From contig OZ316896.1 in assembly GCA_973895155.1 (NCBI GenBank), positions 14,005,542 to 14,069,541 of the forward strand: DNA of 64,000 nucleotides, given 5' to 3'. Positions 49,796 to 61,481 of this stretch are shown in pieces; the stretch's first letter is position 1, and each line of letters begins with the position of its first letter. A program made the position numbers and the translations under genes. The stretch is from Marsupella aquatica (lineage: Eukaryota; Plantae; Marchantiophyta). The notes under the pieces are model-generated. The model searched no databases. It was given only the letters and a program-made list of their open reading frames with translations, and had not been told where the DNA came from.

Positions 49796-51824
49796 CTATG
49801 CTAGCCTGGGTCGGGAACAGAAGTAACCAACAATGATACCCAAGGCGGCCCCTGCAAACACTTGCAATGGAGTGTGACCCAACAGCTCTTTCAGCTTCCT
49901 CTCACTGATGGGATGACCTTGAAAGAGATCTGCCACGATCATGTTCAATACCTGCACCACCAGGACTTATGTAAGTAAAAAGGGTTCATTCCTCTACACC
50001 TAAAACACTTGCACGTAACTGTGAAGCCCTGCCCAAAGTTTGGAAGGGCGACCATTCATCCTCGTGGAGCGGAGCTGTACGGCTACAGGATGTTAGATAT
50101 ACTGCTCTTTTTCTTCCATAATCGTTTCCAGGTATTCCAGAAATTCAACTAAGGCATGGGGTTCATAGCTGGAAGGCTATCACGACGAGCTCCTTCGAAT
50201 TTCCAAAATGTACAAATTCTCAGCCTTCAGGCTCCTTGTCTGCATAAATTTAATTTCTAAACATATCAAATGCACGGCCCTCCAGCCCGGCATCAAGAAG
50301 CATCTTTCATGCAATCGTTTTTTCCGAGTCTAAATACGGGTTAGGGCGAGTTTTAACAATTGACATTACATAGCAAAAACTTTCCTGCTCGGAATTTCAA
50401 ACTTGATTTCCATGCGCAACTAACCGGTGCATATAACTCTGATAGTAACTGAAAAATTCCAGCCAACCTCCTGAAAAACTACCCCGGAAGCAGAATGATA
50501 TGATCACTCCTCTTTAAACAAGAAAGCTTACTTCTGCCTGCCGGCCAGCATGCCGTCTTACACCAGCCGCATCGTACATTACAATCAGGGTGAACCCTAA
50601 ACAGACGGGGAAGAGTGCATCACTGACTCCATGCACAAATGCCACTGATGTCGTCAAGGCAAAGCACAAAGCGGAATGAGATGATGGCATGCCACCTGAT
50701 CCCATCACCATCGCGAAGTCCCACTTACGTACGACCATATAGTATGTGAATACCTTTGCTACCTGGGCAACAATTAAAAGAAAACCACCGGTAAGAACAC
50801 ATCTCGAAATCTGTAACGTATTACGCATATCGAATTCATTCTTCGTGTGCTATTTTTCATCCAGGAACAACTCCATGTGCGAGCTTCTGGGTGGAGCCTC
50901 GATAACAACAGAGACCATGAGGAAGAAAGATTGTCCATCAATTTTCCAGCTCCAGGGAATGGAAGTTAGTATTTTAAATGACCAAAACCCGACATCAAGA
51001 TCACGGTCCCTTAGTTGAAGATCACAGTCACTGCACTGAGAGCTCTTGATCGGCAAAATTGACAGATTAAAAAAATGCTTTACAACATCATAACCAGGTT
51101 ACCCCTAAATACAAAAATACTCGAGGATGATTCAACTCTGAACACTGTGTCTTAAATACAGGTACAGCAAGGCCGCAAGGAAAAGGATCAGTACCTGTGC
51201 AATGGCCCAGGCAATAAGCCCAGACATAAAAGTTGGATTCGCTCGGAGTGTAGAGATCATTGGGTTTAGATGATCTTGAGCAATCGTAGTGGCACTTAGT
51301 AGAGCCAAGCCAATTCCTCCTTGCTGCATCAGTGCCTTCTCCAATCCAGGCCTCCATGGCGAACTTCCTTTGGCAGCTTCGGTGAACTCCTCCACAATAG
51401 AGGCATCCCTCGCGTTCTTGGTAGCAATTCTTACATAGGTTTGAATTTCTTTGCTCAAAGAAACCATTAAAGTGGTGGCCCGAGAGAAAGCTAGGGCTAC
51501 AACAGCCAAGGGCAGCAGCGGAAATATTGAAAACCCTTGTGACCAGTCCAAGTCAGATTCGATGTTCTCGAACTGCGGGGTTAAGGCACCATAGCAAACG
51601 CTTCCACCTCTCCGTGCAAACGGCTGAGGATAGCTTCCATAAGGAGGAACTTCTCTGGTGGACTGAAAACCACACCTGGATGGTGAGGGGGATCCAGAAC
51701 AGCCCACAAAGGAAACCCTGCAACCGAATCCCTTCCCTACAGAGCTTACAGCATCAATGGACTGCCTCGAGGCGGGGTAGCAGCCAATTGGCCCCCTATG
51801 ACACTGGTACTGAGCCGACATCAT
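49796..51824 (-). CDS. Acid phosphatase/vanadium-dependent haloperoxidase-related protein (DUF212, YuiD-like), 3 exons, ~338 aa
   Basis: Exons 51195-51824, 50532-50762 and 49796-49951 join in frame (1017 nt). Motifs: 'NPTFMSGLIAWAIAQVAK', 'SGGMPSSHSA', 'IVMYDAAGVRRHAGRQAEVLN' and 'LKELLGHTPLQV.AGA.LG'. A long N-terminal extension suggests plastid targeting. Confidence 0.93.
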
Positions 51825-54019
51825 CCTGCTTGCTTGCTTGCTTGCCCACAGGCGAAGCGTACAAGATGAGCTTCTACCTCCTCCAAAATTTCTCCTCCAT
51901 CGAGCTCTAGCTCATCATCAATGGCGCTGAAAGCAACTGAGCTAGCTGCCAGAACTCCTCTACACTCCCCCCAGTCTTCAAGCATACCCAGTGGATTTGA
52001 CACCCATTTCCATCATCTCTCTTCTCTGGACAAGAGCAACCCCGTGGGCCTTGGAACTCGGAGAAGCACAGCAGTCTCTTTTGCCAAATGCGTCCGTGCT
52101 TGTATCGGGATCTCTCTTCTCCGGACAAAATCAATCCCTTATCCTTCAAGAGTCAAGTCTCTTCTGCCAAAACCCTCCGTGCGTTGTATTACGATCAGCA
52201 CAGTTAGTATCTTGTGACAACGTACCACACATCGCAGGACAAGAACGGAACGGCAGCCTTCAAATGCAGCGACCCAACCTTCAAAAGAAATCCAATGTTC
52301 GAGCTACCGTAGCTTCTGTGCCGGTAATTATCTCAAGTCTGGCGAATCATCGACTTATTCCTAATCCCTGGAGTTCTCTCTCACTGCCTGATTAGACAAG
52401 CCCACAAAGTGTGACTTTCACCCAAGTACGCCAACAAAATTCATACTCATCCGATCGCAACAAATGACCTGACCAGAGGACTCCCTCAGTGCCTGACGCC
52501 CTGATCCACTGTCGTATTAGTTAGTTTGTTTGTTTCTACAGTGGGCCACTCCACTACAGTACTCTTCAATTCTTTCCGCCCCTGTGGTGTGGACTGTGGA
52601 GGGACTAGTCAGGCCAGGCCAGGCCAAGGCCCACTGTGTACCAAAGTGATTGATCCACTCCTTTGCCCTGTCCTGAAAACGTTAGTTCTCTCCTTTTTAA
52701 TTGTGTTTTTTGGGGGCACATGTGCAACTGCCCTTCATCTTTTGCAAAATTGAAAACACCCTTTATTTTTGTTGGGCGGGACGGAAGAGGAGAATTCCCA
52801 AATGTTATCAGAGATAAGGGTGTGAAAGAAAATGCTGATTCGAAGTTTTGATAGAGAAGTATTCCGTCCACAAATGCTCAATAATCCATCCGAAGGTCAA
52901 GTGTTGCAGACCTGAAGAGTATTATTACAATCGGCCATGGCAGGTCTTTTGCCCGAGCGTTCCTTGCAAAACAACAAAACAACAGAAATTCTTTGTGCCA
53001 TGATATTGTTCGGGACGGTACCGTTGGGAGTGTGAGCTGAGAGATGGCCATGAGGGCGGGGAGGCGGCCGCCTCACCCAACACGATCTTTTCCAGAGGGC
53101 ACAGATGAGGCGAAGGTTTCTTTCTCACCTCACACTCTCATGACAGGCGCACCCCAACCCAAGCCAACCGACAGGATCGGATGAGGGTCAATCTATCACC
53201 GTTGAACCGATTAAATTATCCCCAATTCCTCACTGCTAGTCATGGATATCTCTCGCATATCCTCCTCTGGATCCGTCTGCCTGTCTGCCTGTCTGCCTGT
53301 CTGCCATAGTTCGCTGCTTCCCAGTTTACACGCCAGATATTCTCTGCCTGAGTGCCTGACAAGTGCTCCATAGGGAGTCAAGAAATCTTTCGGGGAAGTT
53401 CATAAAGCCGTCAATTTAGTCATTTAATATTCAAGGTGTAGCACCACGGTCTCAAGCTGTGTACCACAGTACTCCAGTTGTAACCTGGTTCACTGTCGTC
53501 ACCTGCAAAATAATAATTAAATTTACTTCAGGGCGGGCAGGCAAGGTAGAAAATCTCCCAGAGACAAACTTTTTCTGAGAGGAGTTTTTTTTTGGGTTTT
53601 GGCTGGGTTTATGTTGAAAAGTGTTCACAATTTGAAAACTAAGCTTTCCAGAGCAGTTTGCCCCATTGTAATTTTTTATTGGGCCGATGCGTCTGGATTT
53701 TAGATTCTTCTCAATTTCATTAATTGCCCATGGGCTGGCATGTCTAGTTTCCAAAAAAAATTGAGATTGTCCGTTGGGTGCCAGAATTTTTCGGTTGACA
53801 ATTGCTTGCAAATCTACATACAGACCCCGTGACAAGTTCATCCCAGAATTCCTTGGCAAGGGGTCTGCCACAACATGAATGGTGGCGTTTGTGGCAACAA
53901 GAAAACAAAACTGTTTCTGCTTATTGTCACTCCAGAAAAATTGCTAGACATGGGAATGATTGAAACTTTAAAAAACAAATATGTAGCATTGTCATTTGGT
54001 AAAAAATAGTTGTTTAAAT

Positions 54020-54235
54020 AGCTTGTAACTACATTGCCACTAAAGATGTTCTAATTTACAATACTGTCATTGTAATTATTGTGTCTACATATATGCCATG
54101 GTTTTCATATATGTTCACCTTGGTTAGTTTATTGAACTTGTTGTCCTTATACTAAACCGTGGCATATTTGTAAAAAAAAAAACATGGTAGCATTATCAAT
54201 TTGAACATCTTTAGTGGCAAAGTAATTAAAGTTAT
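54020..54235. mobile_element. AT-rich foldback/MITE-like inverted repeat
   Basis: 'ttgccactaaagatgttc' (~54035) pairs with 'gaacatctttagtggcaa' (~54203). Inside, 'atatgccatggttt' pairs with 'aaaccgtggcatat'. Confidence 0.55.
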
Positions 54236-54569
54236 TTTATTAAATGGTAAAAACCTGTTGTTAACCAATTTATTTACTTTTTAAATTAAAACAAATAACC
54301 TGTTTCAATTTAAATTGTTTACTTAAACAAGAAAAATAATTACCTCAGTCCCAAGATGTGATTAATTGATGCATTTGATCAATTATTTGCAAACAAAGAG
54401 GATGGTGGTTTAAAGTGCACAAGGGTCACAAGAAAATCTGCATGATTGTTCTTGGATTTTCAATATTCGCAAATGAGATAAAATGTGATAATTATAGATA
54501 AGGGACAATTTAAACCAGCACTAGTTTAAGTTGGGCACTTGTTCTTTTTGGTTTTCATTATGTTGTTTC

Positions 54570-54914
54570 TGTTAAGTATAGACGACATTCGCAACGGCAA
54601 GCTCATGAACCATCCAATGCACAAGAGTCAACACAGAGAGATACGTGGTTCACCTCCACATGAGGCTACGTCCACGGGAATACACAAGAGCTTTACCGCA
54701 CTCTAGGTCGACCAGCCATACCAAGCATCCACAGCACAAGCTCTCCCTATCTCTCAACTAGCTCCGTAACAATGAGCCTTAGTACCCCCAGGGTCTAGCA
54801 CCAGCCCTGGCTATATACACAACAACACTACCGCTAACATTAGCTAAGTCCTAACCCGAGTTAGCCTAACTGTGGTTAGCTCATGAGTCACAAGACTAAG
54901 AGCAATACCTAACA
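54570..54914 (-). repeat. 3' LTR of the copia element
   Basis: About 97% identical to 61137-61481 by eye, and adjacent to the PPT. Confidence 0.95.
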
Positions 54915-55121
54915 AACTCCCCCTTGACTCTTGTCTTGGGGATTGGACTAATTGCTACCATATGGAATCCTCAGCGGGAAGTTCTAGACAATCACCTAAA
55001 CAGGTCTCCCCCTAAAAACCACAAGGGTTAACTAAGGGTTAACTAGAACTAAGCCGTAGCCAAACTGGAATGAGTAATTCATATACAAATAGTCACACAT
55101 TGCTAAATAACTCTACTTGCA

Positions 55122-57620
55122 CTACAACTGCAAAACCTGCAAAGTAGCACGGTGTCTTGAGAAACTCTCCAAATGAATCACTTTGGTAAAGGCATCAACG
55201 GGATTGAGCTTTCCATCAATCTTGACTAGCTCAAAAGTTTTATAAGACACCGTTTGCCTGATAAAATGGTACCTGATATCAATGTGCTTCACCCTGCTAT
55301 CCATCACCTGGTTAGCAGCCAAGTGAAGTGCACTTTGACTATCACAGTTTAGAGACATTTTGCCATGCTCTAAACCCATCTCCGTGATCAACTTGTCCAA
55401 CCAAATTGCTTCCTTTGCTGCAACTCTGCTTCTGTAGTAGACTGGGATATACACTTCTACAAGGTAGATTTCCAACTGATACATCCTCCTCCAAGAGTAA
55501 ATACATACCCAATTGTTGATCTCCTTGTGTCCAGACAGCCTCCATAGTCAGAATCTACATAGCCACCTAACGTTCTATCTGATCTGGCATCAAATAGTAA
55601 TCCATAGTCCTGTGTTCCCTTCAGATACCTAAGAATCCATTTCACAGCTTCCCAATGTACCTTCCCTAGATTTGACATGAATTTGCTAACCTTGCCCATC
55701 GCTAGGGCCAAGTCAGGCCTAGTACAAGTCATCAAATACATCAGACTGCCTACTGCCTTCTCATAAAGAATCTTAGCCATCAGACCTTTCTCCACAACAT
55801 CCGTAGGAGAGAAAGTCGATGATAACTTGAAATGTGAAGCTAAAGGAATACTTACTGGCTTACTATTTTCATGTTGAATCGTGCAAGTACCTTCCTCGCA
55901 TACTTGCCTTGATTCAAGCACAACTGTCTAGTATCAGAGTTCCTAAAAATCTTCATCCCTCAGATCCTCTTGGCTTTACCAAGATCCTTCATCCTTAATT
56001 CAAAACTCAATTTTGCCTTGAGTTTGTCAACTTCAAATTGATCTTTAGCCACAATCAGCATGTCATCCACATAAATAACCAGAATGATGAAACCAAACTC
56101 ATCATTCTTGACTGATTTTGTATACACACAAGGATCATACATCATCCTTGTAAAACCTTGAGCAACCATGAAATCATCAAACCGCTTGTTCCATTGTCTA
56201 GGAGATTGCTTCAATCCATACAAGGACTTGAGTAATTTGCAAACTAAGTTCTCTTGGCCCTTCTTCATAAAGTCTAGTGGTTGTCTCATGAAGATCATCT
56301 CTTCCAAGTTGCCATAGAGAAAAGCAGTAACAACATCCATCTAATCCATCACCAGACCAAAAAACACAACAAGCTGACACAAGATCCGAATTGTGGAATA
56401 CTTAGCCACCGGTGAAAAGACCTCATTGTAGTCCACTCCTTTCTCCTGAGTGAACCCCTTGGCAACAAGCCTTGCCTTGTAGATCTTATCTCCACCCTCT
56501 AAAGAACTGTCCTTCAACTTGTAAATCCACTTGTTGTCCACCACTTGCTGACCTCTTGGAAGCTCCATGAGCTCCCATGTCTTGTTGTCACTCAAAGATT
56601 GCAACTCCCTCTGCATTGTTGCATTCCACTCATGCTTCTGTTGTGAAGCACAAGCCTCATTGTACGAAGAAGGTTCTCCTTCTTCCAAGATCAAAGCCAT
56701 ATCATCATCATTAGGTACAATGTCAATATCATCTAGCTTAGATGAGTCTGCCCATTGACCATACCTGGTAGGAGCTCTAGTAGAACGACTGGAAGTTCTT
56801 CTAGTAGATGATACAAGCTGATCTACTGCTGCTGCTGGCTGAATTTGAGGTACCCCAACAACTATATGCTCCTCTTGTTCCATCACAGGAACCAGCTCCA
56901 GGCCCGGAGCTTCTCCATCTCTCCTGTCATGAACATCATCATGACTAATCTCCCCCTCAACCCGGTCCGGGATGGGAGATTTCTCCTTTGTCAGTATGGG
57001 AGTTTTGAGAACTCTCCCCCTCCTTTGATGATCTGGATTCATTAAAGGACACCTCTACTGACAATTAGCTTACAGATTACTGGATCCCATAATCTATAAC
57101 CCTTCACACCTTTCTGATAGTCAAGGAAAAATAATGCATTTCTTTGACTTGGACTCCAGCTTGGATCAAAGTTGGGAAGGTGTAAGTACATAAGCATCAC
57201 ATCCAAAAATCCTCAGATGTGAGTAATCTACTCGACGCCCGTACCTCATTTCAAATGGAGTCTTGAATCCAATAGAACTTGATGGAGAGAAATTTACCAA
57301 ATAAGTTGCAGTGTTGACAACTTCAGCCCAAACTCATGTGGTAAGCATGATTGACTTAACATACTCCTCGAGCGTTCCAATAGTGTTTGGTTGAGCCTCT
57401 CAAAAATACCATTTTGCTTAGGAGTATAACTTGTTGTGAGATGGCGAGTAATTCCCTGCTCCTTACAATACGTTCCAAATTTTTTGGAACTGTAAACTGC
57501 CGTTATCCGATCAAAGATATCTCACCTTATTACTAGTCTGATTCTCAACTTGGGCTTTCCACTCCTTAAAAGTGGTAAAAACATCAGACTTATTGTGTAT
57601 AAAGTATATTCACACATACT
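55122..57620 (-). pseudogene. Copia pol remnant: partial integrase, RT and RNase H
   Basis: 'KARLVAKGFTQEKGVDYNEVFSPVAK', 'MDVVTAFLYGNLEE', 'LLKSLYGLKQSPRQW', 'VGSLMYLMTCTRPDLA' and 'GYVDSDYGG' are present, broken by stops and frameshifts. Confidence 0.93.
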
Positions 57621-58858
57621 AATACATTTTGTATAATGAGGTGGTGAGTTCTTTAGTGTCTGATGATGCTCAGAAGAAGTTGGGTCAAGCACAGACAACA
57701 TCTTCTTCTGGCACTGCGTTGAACGTTAACCGTGGAAGACCAGCGCAACGCACGAATGGGCAGAACAGATTTAGATCTGCATCACGGGGAGATCTAAATC
57801 TAGAGGGAAGTCACAAGAGAGGAAGTCTCTTGCCTGTTGGAGATGTGGCAAGCCTGGCTACATGAAAAGGGATTGTCGAGTAAAGGACCCTACTGCATCA
57901 ACTAACACGGCATCAAGCGCACATGAGGTAGATTTACTCGATGATGATGACATATTGTGATGCCAAAGTTATGCTCTCAACGTAGTGTCAAATCCAGGTA
58001 GTGATGACTGGATTCTAGATAGTGCATGTACCTTTCACATTTGCTCTAGGAGAGATTTTTTCAATTCTTACACGGTTTCCAACGGTTCAGTGTGATGGGA
58101 AATGAGATCCCATGTCAAGTGATTGGACTTGGATATGTTAGATTTCAGATGCTTGATGGTGTTGTGAGAACGTTAAGGAATGTGAGACATATTCCCAGCA
58201 TGATGAAAAATCTTGTTTCACTTGGAGTTTTAGAAGCAAATGGCCATCGGTGGAGTTCTGCTAATAGTGTCCTAGAGGTTTCAACTGGTACTAAAGTTAT
58301 ATTGAAGGGAAAGAGACATAAAAATCTATACGTTTTGGAGGGCAATGTAGTCTGTGATGAAGCCAATGTAACCTTCTCTCATGAGGAGACGGCCCAGCTG
58401 TGGCACTTCCGCTTGGGCCACATGAGTGAAAAAGGTTTGGCTATTGGTCTCATGAAAAGAGTAGTATGATGGAGAGGAGGAGATTTCTATGAAGCAGTGG
58501 AGACAGGAGTAGGTGATTGCTGTCAATACAATGATGCTATACCTCAAGCCGCATATCATCAAGAAGTTGGATGATTATGATGATTGCACATCACTCTTCA
58601 AGACCCTAAGAGAGAAGTACTACCGGGAAGATGCGTTAGACCGGCTGTACAAGAAGTCTCTCTTGATGAGCCTTAGGCTCAAGGAAGGGAGCAAGTTGTA
58701 GGATCACCTAGATGAGTTTGACAATCTAGCGATGGATCTGTCAAACCTAGGTAAGGGAGTTAAAGATGAGGATAAGACCTTACTTTTGCTAAGCTCCTTA
58801 CCCCCATCTTATCAGGGCTTGAAATAGGTGCTCTTGTACAGAGATCTAAAGTCTGGTA
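57621..58858 (+). pseudogene. Inverted copia segment: gag C-terminus/Zn knuckle, protease and pre-integrase, followed by a second copy of the gag N-terminal region
   Basis: The plus strand reads 'CWRCGKPGYMKRDC', 'DWILDSACTFHIC', 'LRNVRHIPSMMKNLVSLG' and 'LWHFRLGHMSEKGL'. From ~58463 it reads gag 'LFKTLREKY...LLMSLRLKEG...LLLSSLPPSY'. This is opposite to the element's orientation. Confidence 0.9.
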
Positions 58859-59310
58859 TTAGAGCTTATTCTCATCTTGAACTCCCTTACCCAGGTTTGA
58901 CAGATCCACCGCTAGACTGTCAAACTCATCCAGGTGATCCTGCAGCTTGCTCCTTTCCTTGAGCCTAAGGCTCATCAAGAGAGACTTCTTGTACAGCCGA
59001 TCTGACGCATCTTCCCAGTAGTACTTCTCTCTTAGGGCCTTGAAGAGTGACGCGCAATCCGCACAATCATCCAGCTTCCTGATGATATGCGGCTTAAAGT
59101 ATAGCATCACTACATTGACAACAATCACCTACTCCTGTCTCCACTACTTCACAGAAATCTCCTCCTCTCCATCATACTGTTCTCGCGAAGAGAGCAAATG
59201 AGCTAAGCCCATGGCCCAAAGAACACCCTTCACTTGCTTCTCCCATAGCAAGTAATCAGTACGACCATCGTACTTCTCCACCTCAAACTTCACTCCTCCA
59301 AATCTCGTCA
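58859..59310 (-). pseudogene. Copia gag N-terminal remnant
   Basis: 'MTRFGGVKFEVEKYDGRTDYLLWEKQVKGVL...LQDHLDEFDSLAVDLSNLG' with in-frame stops. It ends abruptly at the inversion. Confidence 0.9.
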
Positions 59311-61136
59311 TCTCTCTCTTCTTCCCAACTACCGAAAGCTCTGGTAGTAGAACAACTTCCTCCACTACACGCCGCACCGGTGATCATATCGGTGATACTT
59401 GTTTCTCCTCAAATGGTAGCAGCTCCTTCTCAAATGGTAGCAACTCCTCCTCAGACTCTTCGTCTGACCGTCACAATCCTGAAGCTCCATCGACATTGAT
59501 TCTTCCAGTATTCTCCAAGTCACTCATATGAAATAATCACGAAAAAACATCTTTTTTCGGAACTTCTCATAAAACTCAAAACTCAACACCGCCGCGTAGC
59601 CCACAAAGCTAGGAGTCCAATACTGAAAGTCAAAATCAAAATCAAAATTTGACGGAAAAGTTATTCAAATTTTGGTCGGGGTGGGTAAAACCTTGGGAAA
59701 CTCCCCCGTTTTGACCACCTCAGGGAATAACCAAAATACCAAGTACAACCTGTCGTCGGAATCGTGATTTGATCGGTGCGCCGCGTTGCTAACTTCAATG
59801 GCTACAACCTTGCCAAAAAAGAACCAAAATAGTTACCGTTTAGCGCACAAAATCTTTGTTGGACGGCCCAAAAACAGCTCTCTGTTTTTGGGAATATTCT
59901 TGCACAGTCGGACAGGGCTCATAGGGGGCCGTTCCCCCTGTCAAAGCAGTTAAAACGGAGGGCGGCAGGTCCCAGCACAAGGAGAGAACCAAGGAGAAGA
60001 AAAATGGCATAAATAGGGCCCTAAAGGGGGTGATGAGCCCTGTATAGAAAAAAAGCTGGTATTGGGCCGGGGGTAACGCCAATGTAGTATCGGGGCGGCT
60101 GCGTACGCAATACACTGAAGGCTGATGGTGGAGGGAATGAAACGGCGAGGGGGGGCGGGAGGTCGGAGCGACCGGCAGCCAGCCCGGTCGCGAGCGGGGT
60201 GACTAAAGGGGGGGCGGGGCGCGAAGGGAAGGGGCAGCGAGCCCCGACAAGTCTTGGGCACGCAAAAAGTGTCAGCCAGTGCAACGTGAGGTAGCCGGGG
60301 GAAGCGATCGGCGAGGAGGGGAGGGGGAGTACGTGTATGCGAGGGCAGTATGCGTATGCGGGGCAGGGCCGGGCACATACACACGTTTTCGTGTGTATAA
60401 ACACACAAAAAATGCCCTAAACCCCCTTAACAAGGGAAAATTGACCCTCCCGTAGAAAAAGTCAAGTACACACCTTAACCGCCACTCTTTTTTATGACAA
60501 AAGTGAATGCCGCCGACGAGAAATGTTGCCAAATTGCACCGGCACAGTCTGCAGCTTCAGCAAAGTAAAAACTTCCGTCGCATCGCCTTCACTCCGCGTC
60601 AAGTGCCAATCCCGGACTCAAAACAACCGCCTCGCCACGATCAAACCGTTGAGCCATAGCACTTCGCATTTCTTCCACCGAGTCGGACGTCACGAAGAGA
60701 AACCTGGTTTAGATGGGAACAAACTCCATAGCCTGTGAAAAAACCTGAAATTCTCCTTCACTCGTCACGTCACACTCGGTAATAACTCGACAGCAATTCA
60801 ACTACCAAAACAACCAGATCGCCATAACCTCCAACATGCGACACCTCCTACACAGCATAGCTCACACCGTTGAAAAATGCAAACTCTGGTCTCTCCCCCG
60901 AAAACCCGTCGAACACGAATAAAACTTGAACGACGCAAACTTTGATTCCTCCGCACCACGGATACCAATCAGTGAGTTCTAACCACCGTTAGAGAGCCCT
61001 CTCACTAACCTATCCGCTCAGTCACACACATTCAAGTTTCATGCGACGAAACTCCGAATGTATCACCGACAATGAATGCTGGAAAAAACCATCACGAAAA
61101 AACCTCGTCACCTCCCATACATGCTCTAATACCAAT

Positions 61137-61481
61137 TGTTGAGTATAGACGACATTTGCAACGGCAAGCCCATGAACCATCCAACGCACAAGAGTCAACA
61201 CAGAGAGATACGTGGTTCACCTCCACATGAGGCTACGTCCACGGGAACACACAAGAGCTTTATTGCACTCTAGGCCGACCAGCCATACCAAGCATCCACA
61301 GTGCAAGCTCTTCCTATCTCTCAACTAGCTCCGTAACAATGAGCCTTAGTACCCCCAGGGTCTAGCACCAGCCCTGGCTATATACACAACAACACTACCG
61401 CTAACATTAGCTAAGTCCTAACCCGAGTTAGCCTAACTGTGGTTAGCTCATGAGTCACAAGACTAAGAGCAATACCTAACA
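61137..61481 (-). repeat. 5' LTR of the copia element
   Basis: Adjacent to the PBS, with TG/CA ends and the GTTTC TSD outside. Confidence 0.95.

Larger units (their letters stand above)
54570..61481 (-). mobile_element. Defective Ty1/copia LTR retrotransposon with both LTRs and a rearranged interior
   Basis: 345-bp TG...CA LTRs at 54570-54914 and 61137-61481. 5-bp TSD GTTTC at 54565-54569 and 61482-61486. PBS TGGTATTAGAGC (tRNA-iMet type, 1 mismatch) at 61123-61134, and PPT 'caagggggagtt' next to 54915. gag 'KFEVEKYDGRTDYLLW', integrase, RT 'YVDDML' and RNase H 'KHIDIRYHFIR' are present with stops and frameshifts. Confidence 0.96.

Noticed and set aside
59840-60532. Pro/Arg-rich ORFs in the copia leader (possible extra or env-like gene)
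   Set aside because: Several frames are open simply because of high GC, and no motif supports a protein.
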